From the IMG/VR virus record IMGVR_UViG_3300046059_000043, positions 1 through 57,451 of that record: a stretch of DNA of 57,451 nucleotides; one strand, given 5' to 3'. Of the stretch, positions 50,722 through 57,451 are shown one piece after another. The position numbers and the translations under genes are program-made. The DNA is from a virus. Within the stretch, counting starts at the first letter, position 1, and each line of letters opens with the position of its first letter. A model generated the notes under the pieces. That model did not search any database. It was not told where the DNA came from and saw only the letters and a program-made list of their open reading frames with translations.

Positions 50722-50809
50722 GTAAAAATAAAAGCCCGCCTCGAAGGAGCCTAACGGGGGACAGCACGGGCTGGTGAGTCGCATCCGCTAGGCTCCCTCC
50801 AGGCGGGCT
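50722..50809 (-). terminator. Intrinsic terminator on the minus strand: a 9+8 bp interrupted stem followed by TTTATTTTTA
   Basis: AGCCCGCCT (50733-50741) pairs with AGGCGGGCT (50801-50809), and GGAGCCTA (50746-50753) pairs with TAGGCTCC (50789-50796). The T-rich tract lies at 50722-50732 on the minus strand. Confidence 0.65.
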
Positions 50810-50963
50810 GAAGGAGAAGTCTATAAGTAGCCACCAGCCGCGCCTGTCCTAAGCGCCCCGCACGAACCTTCGGTCGTAAGCGGTGCTTGATCGACCGTCA
50901 GTCGTGAGCGGGAGTGAAAGAGTACAACCAGCCTGCCACAATCTCAACCTCAGAACCTCAACC

Positions 50964-52439
50964 TCAGAACGGCGGCTCGCCTTCAAATTCGTCCTGCGGG
51001 TCATCCGCCTCCCACGACTCGTCGTCTGCACCGCCTTCAGGGGCCTGCTCTACCTCTGACTCTTCAGCGAATCCCATCTCCTCAGCGATCCGCTGCGCCC
51101 GCTTCGGGCCGACGCCTTCGACCTTTTCGGCGAGGACGCCCTTCTGACACGCCTGGTGAAGCTCGCTGGTGCCAGTTATGCCCGCATCGACCAGCTTCTC
51201 CCGGAACGGAGTATCCTCCGGGAGCGTGACCGGCTCCTCTTCCGGCTCCACAGGGGACTCTCCTTGCGGAGGTTCTTCTTCGGGACGTTCGTCGGCGATC
51301 ATGTACCCGATCGCCTCTTGCAGGGGCTGGGGGGCATCATTGTAGTGCTGACGGATCTGCTTCGCGGCCACGTCGAAGCTCACGTTCGACGGGCGGGAGT
51401 GGAGGCTTTCCCGGGCGGCCTGTACGTGCTCGGCGTTCTCTTTCTTGAGGGTGACCCCATAGACCTCCCGCATCTCCACTTGCCCTCCGCCACCTGCTGA
51501 TTGTTTGCCAGACTGCTTGCTCTCGGATGCACGCTGGCCGCGTTGAGGAGAACGAGGCCTACCCCTACCATCACCACCTCTAGGGCTTCCATCCGGCTGC
51601 GCGCCTGCTGAGCGGCTCTGAGAGGAGGGGCTATTTGAGGGTTTCCCTTTAGAGGCGCCTTTCTCCTCCTTCACCTGGCGGGCCAGGTCTGGGTCATCGA
51701 GGTCCTGCGTGAAGATGTCGGAGGCGGCGGTGACCTGCTGGATCGTGCCGACATAGGCCCGCTTCTGGCTCATCTTCAAGCAGGTGTTATACTGCGCCTC
51801 AATCTCCTCATTTTCTTCTCGCCCTTCGATGGAGATCAGCCAGTCGCCGGTCTTGTCGTCTTTCGTTACGCCCACGTCGGCCCCTGGGGGGATGGAGACA
51901 TCGTTCTCCCGCAGGGCCTCCACCAGAAGCGAGAAGTCCGCGTTTGCCATCGAGTCGGAGTAGGACTCCCAAAAGGAGCCGGGGGGCGGGATCTCTGTAG
52001 CTCGGTCTGCCGAGCGGTATCGGTACTTCGGCTCGGCGGTCGAGCAGGACCCCTTCGCCATGCCGAGAAACTCCCCGGACCTCGAAAAAATGCGGCAGGT
52101 GGCAACGTACTCCCGGTGGCCGGGCGGGAGGTCCTCGCGCTCCCGAGAGATCCGCTGCATCTCAATGTCAAAGCGGGCGCTGAGGCGAAAGGCGAAGCTG
52201 ATCTTTTCGGCCCCTGCTTTCTTCAAGATCGGCGAGGAGGCCCACTCCGGATTCGAGTAATGCTCACCCTCGGTCATTACCTCGTTCATAAGGTTCTGGA
52301 TCTGCTGGACCTGCTTTTTGACCATCTTCGGGGCCAAAGCCGCCTGCACTAGGCCACCTGCCTGCTGGGAGGTGCTGGGTTGTGGCTGCGGCGATTCGGA
52401 GTCCTCTGTGGGCGTGAGAGCGTCTTCCGTGGGTTCCAT
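50964..52439 (-). CDS. Putative recombination/ssDNA-binding protein with a Gly/Ser/Arg linker, HhH motif and SSB-like acidic C-terminal tip (491 aa)
   Basis: ATG at 52439 (MEPTED...). The N-terminal domain carries KKAGAEKISFAF...CRIFSRSGEFLGMAKGSCS...KMSQKRAYVGTIQQVTAASDIFTQD. HhH: EKVEGVGPKRAQRIAEEMG. The C-terminus is ...DDPQDEFEGEPPF. Confidence 0.45.
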   Translation of the reverse strand: MEPTEDALTPTEDSESPQPQPSTSQQAGGLVQAALAPKMVKKQVQQIQNLMNEVMTEGEHYSNPEWASSPILKKAGAEKISFAFRLSARFDIEMQRISREREDLPPGHREYVATCRIFSRSGEFLGMAKGSCSTAEPKYRYRSADRATEIPPPGSFWESYSDSMANADFSLLVEALRENDVSIPPGADVGVTKDDKTGDWLISIEGREENEEIEAQYNTCLKMSQKRAYVGTIQQVTAASDIFTQDLDDPDLARQVKEEKGASKGKPSNSPSSQSRSAGAQPDGSPRGGDGRGRPRSPQRGQRASESKQSGKQSAGGGGQVEMREVYGVTLKKENAEHVQAARESLHSRPSNVSFDVAAKQIRQHYNDAPQPLQEAIGYMIADERPEEEPPQGESPVEPEEEPVTLPEDTPFREKLVDAGITGTSELHQACQKGVLAEKVEGVGPKRAQRIAEEMGFAEESEVEQAPEGGADDESWEADDPQDEFEGEPPF

Positions 52440-52507
52440 TTGACTATGTAGAGTTGTGGGCGTAAAATGAAATGAACGTCCCCAAGGGGGAGGCACTTGG
52501 CCTCCGC

Positions 52508-52720
52508 TTACCTGTTCTGCCGCTCGTCCACCAGGTCGCCGAGCTTGACGAGATACTTGGCTGCCCCGAAGGCGTTCGTGAGCGTTGAGGGGTGGACCCC
52601 CAGCTCCTCGGCAGCTCGTTTCAGCGAGCCGTGCCCGCCAAATTCGACATACACGTCCGACTTGACCTCGCGGATTAGGTGGTATGCTTCCTCGGCTTTC
52701 TCTTTGGTAGACTTGCTCAT
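52508..52720 (-). CDS. Small HTH DNA-binding protein (70 aa)
   Basis: GSLKRAAEELGVHPSTLTNAFGAAK is HTH-like. Confidence 0.6.
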   Translation of the reverse strand: MSKSTKEKAEEAYHLIREVKSDVYVEFGGHGSLKRAAEELGVHPSTLTNAFGAAKYLVKLGDLVDERQNR

Positions 52721-52804
52721 AGGGCGGGGACGGTCGCGTTACTCGGCAGGTAATTCAATGGGGTTTATGACGTGAAACCCCACGGGTTCCTTCGGGGGCG
52801 GCAG

Positions 52805-52821
52805 AAAAAAGTCGGTGGGGG
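52805..52821. promoter_or_regulatory. A-run/G-box (AAAAAAGTCGGTGGGGG) in a divergent 141-nt spacer
   Basis: It lies 84 nt upstream of the minus-strand ATG at 52720 and 40 nt upstream of the plus-strand ATG at 52862. Confidence 0.4.
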
Positions 52822-52861
52822 TCCTTCTCAGCTTTTCTCAAACCGCTTTTCCGCCGCTCCA

Positions 52862-53152
52862 ATGGCTGTAAACGGCTTTGCAGACGCGACCATCCTTCTC
52901 GACTACTCGACCGAGGACCCGGAACCAGTGGACGTAAAAGACCCCTACGCCGCCGACCAGCGGTGGGTGTACGCGACGGGGATTAGCGCCGACACCTTTA
53001 ACATTGAGTACCGGCCCAACACGGACCGAGCCTGGGTCACCGTCGTGGCCGATGTATCCAACGGCGTCCAGACCATGCAGCGGAGGCCGGAGGGGCAGTA
53101 TCGGGTCACGCGGAGCGGCAACACCGACCAGGCCACCATCGCCTTCATTTAG
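52862..53152 (+). CDS. hypothetical beta-rich acidic protein (96 aa), on the opposite strand to its neighbours
   Basis: ATG at 52862 inside ORF-track entry 52772..53152. Third codon positions are strongly G/C in this frame. The overlapping minus ORF 52838..53260 is Gly/Val/Pro/Arg-rich, as expected of an antisense shadow. Confidence 0.6.
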   Translation: MAVNGFADATILLDYSTEDPEPVDVKDPYAADQRWVYATGISADTFNIEYRPNTDRAWVTVVADVSNGVQTMQRRPEGQYRVTRSGNTDQATIAFI

Positions 53153-53174
53153 CCAATAGGGATCCTTCACGCCG

Positions 53175-53297
53175 ATGCGCCAGACGGTCATAGAGTCGGT
53201 GAACGTGAGAGTCGTTGCGGAAGCGGTCCGGAGCGTGGGAGTGCAGAACACCCCGCCCACGTGGTCCTCGTGCCAAGACTACACGTATGCAAAGTGA
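53175..53297 (+). CDS. Unannotated 40-aa ORF ending in the tail-protein module (MRQTVIESVNVRVVAEAVRSVGVQNTPPTWSSCQDYTYAK)
   Basis: Hand translation. It is below the ORF-track cutoff. PPTWSSCQDYT (53253-53285) matches the module repeated in ORFs 38144..41476 and 43150..45087. Confidence 0.5.
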   Translation: MRQTVIESVNVRVVAEAVRSVGVQNTPPTWSSCQDYTYAK

Positions 53298-53330
53298 CGG
53301 AGGGGGGCTGTAGCCGGTAAGCGTCAGCAG

Positions 53331-53422
53331 AAAAAACGCGGGTGGGGGTTGTCGGTCGCCAAAAAAAGTCCGGTGGGCACCCGCCCACCCGCTTGCGGCA
53401 CGCGAAAAAATGTCGGTGGGGG
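53331..53422 (-). promoter_or_regulatory. Three tandem A-run/CGGTGGGG boxes with no leftward gene downstream
   Basis: AAAAAACGCGGGTGGGGG (53331-53348), AAAAAAAGTCCGGTGGGC (53361-53378) and AAAAAATGTCGGTGGGGG (53405-53422). The middle copy overlaps a GGTGGGC-ACCC-GCCCACC hairpin. Confidence 0.4.
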
Positions 53423-53508
53423 CTGATTAATCGCGCGCGCAAAAAGAAAAGAACACGGCCCGCGGGTCGGCGGGCTAAGCGGCGTCGGTCAGGCGCCCAC
53501 ACGCAGAA

Positions 53509-53569
53509 AGGGCCGCCCCGAACGAACCTACAGGTTCGAAAGCGACAGGTAGGCTCCTAGGGCGGCCCT
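53509..53569 (-). terminator. 10-bp inverted repeat AGGGCCGCCC/GGGCGGCCCT enclosing a GAACCTACAGGTTC palindrome
   Basis: Arms at 53509-53518 and 53560-53569, with the inner palindrome at 53524-53537. It lies 40 nt past the stop of minus ORF 53610..54392. On the minus strand it is followed by TTTCT. Confidence 0.4.
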
Positions 53570-53609
53570 TCTATGCGGATGGGAGAAGAAAGCGGAGCTC
53601 ACGAGCGCA

Positions 53610-54392
53610 TCACGCAGGACGTTTGTCCAGATGCGCCTTAGCCATTCGGCGCGCCTCATCCAGGGCGTAGGACCACTGGTAGAAGCCCCAGCACGCATCG
53701 ATCTCATCCCCGCTGGGGCCGAAGAGGCGGAAGCCCACCACCTCTCCATTGAGCCACGTGCTCAGCACATCCAGCTCATTTTCGAACGTGCGGCGCGCTT
53801 TCTCTTCGGTCTCCGAGTCCGTCGGATCCCTATCCTCCGCAAAGAGCCTCTCGGACGCCACCGATCGGCAGGCGTAGATCCATCCGACTTGCCCGGAGTC
53901 CCATTTCGAACGAAAGGGGCCGAAACTGAGCTTTATTCGTCCGTGCTCGTGTTTATAGACGTTGCTGACGATGTATTCGGTCAGCGCTAAGTCACAGGCT
54001 ACGCCTTGGATGCGCTCTTCTTTCTCCTCGTGAAGGTCCCGCGTTTTATCCCAGGAGGATCCGTCTTCATCGGAGAGGGCATTGGCAACGCGGCCATTTA
54101 TCTCCTCCTCAATCTCTCGCTTATGGGCGTGAAACTTCCGCCCGGCGGCCATCGAAGCAAGCGCTTGCCAGAACTCCTTCGGCCCGGATACGTCCGGCGC
54201 GCTTTTGTCTTCGATGTGCTCCATCCTCGGGAGGCACAGGATCCCGAAGGTGGCGCGCTCCCTCGGGTTCGGGGGGCTGTTGTCCGGATAAAGGGTCGCG
54301 CGGAACGTCTGCCCGCCAATGTCAAAAGTTTCGGTTTTCAGTTCAGCGTTACTCATGTGCTCAGTGAGCGTCTGTGATGAAGATGACGACAT
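53610..54392 (-). CDS. hypothetical protein (260 aa)
   Basis: ORF track. An alternative ATG lies at 54356. Confidence 0.6.
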   Translation of the reverse strand: MSSSSSQTLTEHMSNAELKTETFDIGGQTFRATLYPDNSPPNPRERATFGILCLPRMEHIEDKSAPDVSGPKEFWQALASMAAGRKFHAHKREIEEEINGRVANALSDEDGSSWDKTRDLHEEKEERIQGVACDLALTEYIVSNVYKHEHGRIKLSFGPFRSKWDSGQVGWIYACRSVASERLFAEDRDPTDSETEEKARRTFENELDVLSTWLNGEVVGFRLFGPSGDEIDACWGFYQWSYALDEARRMAKAHLDKRPA

Positions 54393-54401
54393 TCGGGGCG
54401 C

Positions 54402-55079
54402 TCACGCCTTAATGGACAGGCCAACGCGCCCCTCCTCGGCGAGCTGCTTGATCGGGCACCGCGTCTGGTAGGGTTCAAAGTAGATGAGGCGCCCCAGGTT
54501 GCGGAGCTCCCCTCGGTCGGTGCGGTCGATTTCGTCGGACAGAATGAAGGGGTTCGAGGTAAGGCCCGCCTCACGCGGGGGGATCTGCTCAAGCCCCGAG
54601 TTGCAGATGATCGGCTCAATCATCTCGTCGAAGACGCGAACGGATTCGACGGTTCGGTCACTTCCGATGCTGCGGCGCAACTCGACCTGCAAGTCATCGC
54701 TTATCGAAAGAACGACCGTCGGGGCGGTGTCGTGGTAGTAAAGCGACACGCCGCCCTTGCGGGAACCGTGATCACCGATCCACGCGGGCGGATCCTCGGG
54801 CGTGGATACGTAATTGAGCGACACGCCCGCTAAATGCACCGTCGAAAACTGGTCTTCCAACGCGGACTTGGTTTGCATCTCAAGCTCCCGCCGCATTTTG
54901 AATTCAGGCATGTCCGGATCAATGCCAGCGAAAGCGCGGATCCAATCCCTGCGAAAGGATAGAGGCGAAACCTCACCTGTCGGTTCTGAGACGGACCGCC
55001 GAAAAACGACGGTCCCCGCGGCGCGGCACAGGTGTTCTTCAGTCGAAGCGGAAATGCGAGGGGTGTCTGTTGCGTCCAT
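54402..55079 (-). CDS. hypothetical protein (225 aa)
   Basis: ORF track gives 54402..55130. I prefer the ATG at 55079 (MDATDTPR...), 20 nt downstream of a T7 run/box. Confidence 0.6.
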   Translation of the reverse strand: MDATDTPRISASTEEHLCRAAGTVVFRRSVSEPTGEVSPLSFRRDWIRAFAGIDPDMPEFKMRRELEMQTKSALEDQFSTVHLAGVSLNYVSTPEDPPAWIGDHGSRKGGVSLYYHDTAPTVVLSISDDLQVELRRSIGSDRTVESVRVFDEMIEPIICNSGLEQIPPREAGLTSNPFILSDEIDRTDRGELRNLGRLIYFEPYQTRCPIKQLAEEGRVGLSIKA

Positions 55080-55099
55080 GATCTCAGTAGGTTGATGAG

Positions 55100-55123
55100 A
55101 AAAAAAGACGGTCGGCCCCACCG
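55100..55123 (-). promoter_or_regulatory. A-run/G-box (AAAAAAAGACGGTCGGCCCCACCG)
   Basis: Member of the box family, upstream of the ATG at 55079. Confidence 0.4.
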
Positions 55124-55190
55124 CGGGCAATGATCCCGCCGCGGCCTCACCGAGTGGGGCGATTAGACCTGTGGTTTGGACCTGTCGGTT

Positions 55191-55493
55191 TCACGGTTGC
55201 CCGTACAGGTAAGCGGACGTGATGCGGGTTTTCCCGTCGATTTGTCGAAGGAAGTTCCCTTCGGTGTATCCGTAGTCAGACAGGGCCGCCTTGAGCTCCG
55301 AGTCTTCGATGTGACGGGGGCCACGAATCAGCACGACCGGCGGGTCTCTGTCCAGATACACGTGCACGTCGAACCGTCGGAGCCGCCCGATCCAATCATC
55401 CGAAAAGGGGCGGGCGAGCTGGCTTTTCATAGCGCGGCGGATGCGCTGACGCCGCCGCTCCTCTGAAGAGTTTCCTTTGGTTGGCTGTTGCAT
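55191..55493 (-). CDS. hypothetical protein (100 aa)
   Basis: ATG at 55493 in a TGAACCGATG context, inside ORF-track entry 55191..55751. Confidence 0.5.
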   Translation of the reverse strand: MQQPTKGNSSEERRRQRIRRAMKSQLARPFSDDWIGRLRRFDVHVYLDRDPPVVLIRGPRHIEDSELKAALSDYGYTEGNFLRQIDGKTRITSAYLYGQP

Positions 55494-55546
55494 CGGTTCA
55501 TTCGTGTTTTTTAGGGAAAAGCGAAAACCGTGACTACTACCCGCTG

Positions 55547-56686
55547 CTAGTCGGTGTGCGTATTGATCTGGTGCACATCGACCGGGGATTCGAACACTTC
55601 GTGCCACGTATCCCCAAGGTCGATCATGTGGTGATCCCGGCGCGTGTGTCCGACGCGGCACCGGATAAAGAGGCGCGTTCCGCGGCTTTTGCCTGTTGGC
55701 GATTCGGTCTGGACGGCGGCGCGCTTGTGCTTGTGGGATCCGAGCGCCCAATGAATTTTCTCCGCGCCGGGAAGCTTGATCGGATCCACCGAAGGGCGGG
55801 GAACGAAGAAGTACTCGCCTTGACGGACGATCACCGATCCTTGCAGGTCGGCCCGACAGAACTGGTAGTTGACCGTTCGGTCTGATCGGTACCAGTATTT
55901 TTTCACCGATGTCTTGCCCCCGGCTTCGCGGTGGGCTTCGGCTTCCTCGTCGGTAAGATCGTGTTTGCGGTACTCATCCGACGTGATTACCGGAAGGCCG
56001 CTCGGGAACGCCTCCGTGCCGCGCATTGCCGTAGACACGTCGTCCGGCCTTAGATACTCGACAATGGCCGCCCGCACGCCTTCCGCCTCCGCGTACTCAA
56101 CCACGAAGGGCAGAAGGTCGACCGTAAACCGCCCGCCGTTGCGGGCGGTGCGGTCGTGGCCTACGCCGACCGCCCCTTCGTGCCCGTCAATCAGAACGAT
56201 ATGCCAGCGCCCGTACGCGCCGGTGCGGGGATCGGCCTCACTTTTGACATTGGTGATGTCGTACGCGTCGGTGCTGCCTGTGCGGCGGATTCGCCGTCGG
56301 CCCGTGCACCTGCGGCTATCGCTCATGTGCGCCTCTATTGCAGAGAGGGGCAGTCGGTAGTCCGCTCCGGGGGCGGGCGAGCAGTGAGCAAAGCCGGTGC
56401 TCCAGCACTGCGCGTTGTTGATGATGAGCCCGGACACGGTCCGAATCGCCTCCCGGGTGCGGTAGTGCCAGAGCGTCCCCGCGCCGTCGGGGTGCTGCTG
56501 TCCCTTGAAGTTAGGGGAGGAGTAGAGCCGCCCCTCGTTGTGGGTTGGGTATTTTCCTTCCGCCCAGGCGCGGGCCACGTCGTCTTGTCGGTCGTAGCAA
56601 GCACGCGACGTTGGTTCGTACCGTGGATGCGGGACACACGTGTCCGTCTTGGATGTGTCTGTTTTGGGTACGGTTCGGGTACTCAT
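55547..56686 (-). CDS. hypothetical protein (379 aa)
   Basis: ORF track. Its start codon and 22-nt leader are identical to those of the integrase gene. Confidence 0.65.
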   Translation of the reverse strand: MSTRTVPKTDTSKTDTCVPHPRYEPTSRACYDRQDDVARAWAEGKYPTHNEGRLYSSPNFKGQQHPDGAGTLWHYRTREAIRTVSGLIINNAQCWSTGFAHCSPAPGADYRLPLSAIEAHMSDSRRCTGRRRIRRTGSTDAYDITNVKSEADPRTGAYGRWHIVLIDGHEGAVGVGHDRTARNGGRFTVDLLPFVVEYAEAEGVRAAIVEYLRPDDVSTAMRGTEAFPSGLPVITSDEYRKHDLTDEEAEAHREAGGKTSVKKYWYRSDRTVNYQFCRADLQGSVIVRQGEYFFVPRPSVDPIKLPGAEKIHWALGSHKHKRAAVQTESPTGKSRGTRLFIRCRVGHTRRDHHMIDLGDTWHEVFESPVDVHQINTHTD

Positions 56687-56708
56687 AGCGTCTGTTGCGC
56701 CTTATGAG
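56682..56708. repeat. Inverted copy of the 27-bp int-leader sequence (partner of 9337..9363)
   Basis: CTCATAGCGTCTGTTGCGCCTTATGAG is the exact reverse complement of 9337-9363. Confidence 0.9.
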
Positions 56709-56725
56709 AAAAAAAGTGGGTAGGG
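56709..56725 (-). promoter_or_regulatory. A-run/G-box (AAAAAAAGTGGGTAGGG)
   Basis: On the minus strand it reads CCCTACCCACTTTTTTT, directly abutting the 27-bp repeat. The int copy has CTACCCA and then CTCATAAGG without the intervening 8 nt CTTTTTTT (the C and T7 run). Confidence 0.45.
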
Positions 56726-56726
56726 T

Positions 56727-56745
56727 GATGAGGAAAATCCTCATC
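56727..56745 (-). other. Hairpin GATGAGG-N5-CCTCATC
   Basis: 7-bp perfect stem between palindrome 56753-56766 and the box at 56709-56725. Confidence 0.4.
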
Positions 56746-56752
56746 TGGGGAA

Positions 56753-56766
56753 GAACCCGTCGGTTC
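56753..56766. promoter_or_regulatory. GAACC-N4-GGTTC palindrome (GAACCCGTCGGTTC)
   Basis: Perfect 5+5 inverted repeat. Confidence 0.4.
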
Positions 56767-56891
56767 AGAGCCCCGGCGGGCCGCCCTACTGGCACAGAGG
56801 ACCGATGAAGAACTGTCACCAGCGGGCCGCCCGCCGCGGCCCCGCCGATCCGACAGGATCTTAGGAGTTCCGTTGGGGACCGCGGTACGGG

Positions 56892-57299
56892 TTATTCTTC
56901 GTCAGGCATAAAGCCGCGCGCCACGTCTTGCCAGTTGACCGCGCACAGAAAGCGCTCCAAGGCCGTTTGCATGAGCCCCGGCACGGTGGCCTGGTCGAAG
57001 GTCCCTTCGCTGCCGATCGCGTGGACCGTGGCGAACGTCTCTTCAACCTTTGCCCGAATCTCGTCTGCGAGCTGCATGCGGACGGCCTCGGTTTCGGAGA
57101 TGACCCCATCAGTGAGGAATTCCGTTTGCGCCTTGGTAAGGCTGCCCGGAACGCGTTCCCGGATCTCTCGGGCCCGTCGCGTCCACATCGCGTGGTGGCG
57201 GCTGTCATTACTGAGGTGGACCTTGACCAGATGCGTGGCCTGGTCCGGGTCCACGGCGGGTCGCGTGTCGGTGGCCTGGTGGTTCGGTGCGTATGCCAT
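56892..57299 (-). CDS. hypothetical protein (135 aa)
   Basis: ATG at 57299 (MAYAPNHQ...) in a CAAACCGATG context, 30 nt after a T7 run. ORF track gives 56892..57371. Confidence 0.6.
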   Translation of the reverse strand: MAYAPNHQATDTRPAVDPDQATHLVKVHLSNDSRHHAMWTRRAREIRERVPGSLTKAQTEFLTDGVISETEAVRMQLADEIRAKVEETFATVHAIGSEGTFDQATVPGLMQTALERFLCAVNWQDVARGFMPDEE

Positions 57300-57329
57300 C
57301 GGTTTGGTGCCTCTCGGCGGTTGGTTCAG

Positions 57330-57345
57330 AAAAAAAGACGGTGGG
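57330..57345 (-). promoter_or_regulatory. A-run/G-box (AAAAAAAGACGGTGGG)
   Basis: Member of the box family, upstream of the ATG at 57299. Confidence 0.4.
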
Positions 57346-57396
57346 ACGAAGTGTCCCTCAAACAGCCCCAAGGGATCTCCCTCTTTGAGGCCGTCT

Positions 57397-57451
57397 GGGG
57401 GACCCTCTCAGGTCCCATTCTACGCCCGCAGCGTCAGTACCACCGAAAATG
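57397..57451. repeat. Second copy of the 55-bp terminal direct repeat
   Basis: Exact match to 1..55. Confidence 0.95.

Noticed and set aside
50733-50809. A 77-nt structured element that has the size of a tRNA.
   Set aside because: It folds as one long interrupted stem with a 35-nt loop. There is no cloverleaf, no GTTCGAATC-type T-loop and no D-arm. With the following T-tract on the minus strand it fits a terminator. I saw no tRNA anywhere in the window.

Overview
The window looks like a complete, circularly closed tailed-phage genome. The first 55 nt are repeated exactly as the last 55 nt, leaving 57,396 bp of unique sequence. The DNA is GC-rich and the predicted proteome is strongly acidic, which suggests a halophilic host. 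Almost no gene has a Shine-Dalgarno sequence, and a peptidoglycan peptidase plus holin cassette is present. By inference the host is a bacterium such as a Salinibacter-like Bacteroidota/Rhodothermota member rather than a haloarchaeon. Genes form two arms that diverge from a repeat-rich control region (about 5311-5695) and converge at 48236-48340. The rightward arm (5696-48235) carries a C5 DNA methyltransferase, a minimal tyrosine recombinase and an HTH protein. It also carries two paralogous PAPS-reductase-family PP-loop enzymes flanking a zinc-ribbon protein, plus VRR-NUC and PD-(D/E)XK nucleases. These are followed by a siphovirus-type late operon: TerL, portal, MuF-like protein, prohead protease fusion, HK97-fold capsid protein, neck proteins, tail tube, G/GT chaperone with a -1 frameshift, a 1185-aa tape measure, beta-propeller tail proteins, an M15-type endolysin and a holin. 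The leftward arm (5310 leftwards through the junction to 48341) carries mostly ORFans plus a DnaQ-like exonuclease, a winged-helix replication-type protein and a recombination/ssDNA-type protein with an SSB-like tip. The most interesting observations are these. (1) A sulfotransferase-like gene is translationally coupled to the capsid gene and followed by a GT2 glycosyltransferase. (2) A 10-aa peptide module P(T/Q)W(T/S)SC(Q/E)(D/N)YT occurs six times in two tail proteins and in an unannotated 40-aa ORF on a small opposite-strand island. (3) The PAPS-reductase-family gene pair is unexplained. (4) A modular repeated promoter-like architecture (GAACC-N4-GGTTC palindrome, CCCyACCG box, T6-8 run, A/C-rich AACCGATG leader) precedes leftward genes. 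(5) A perfect 27-bp inverted repeat covers the start codons of the recombinase and a distant leftward gene. (6) A low-GC domain is grafted onto a tail gene. All functional calls come from motif reading by eye; no database search was run.
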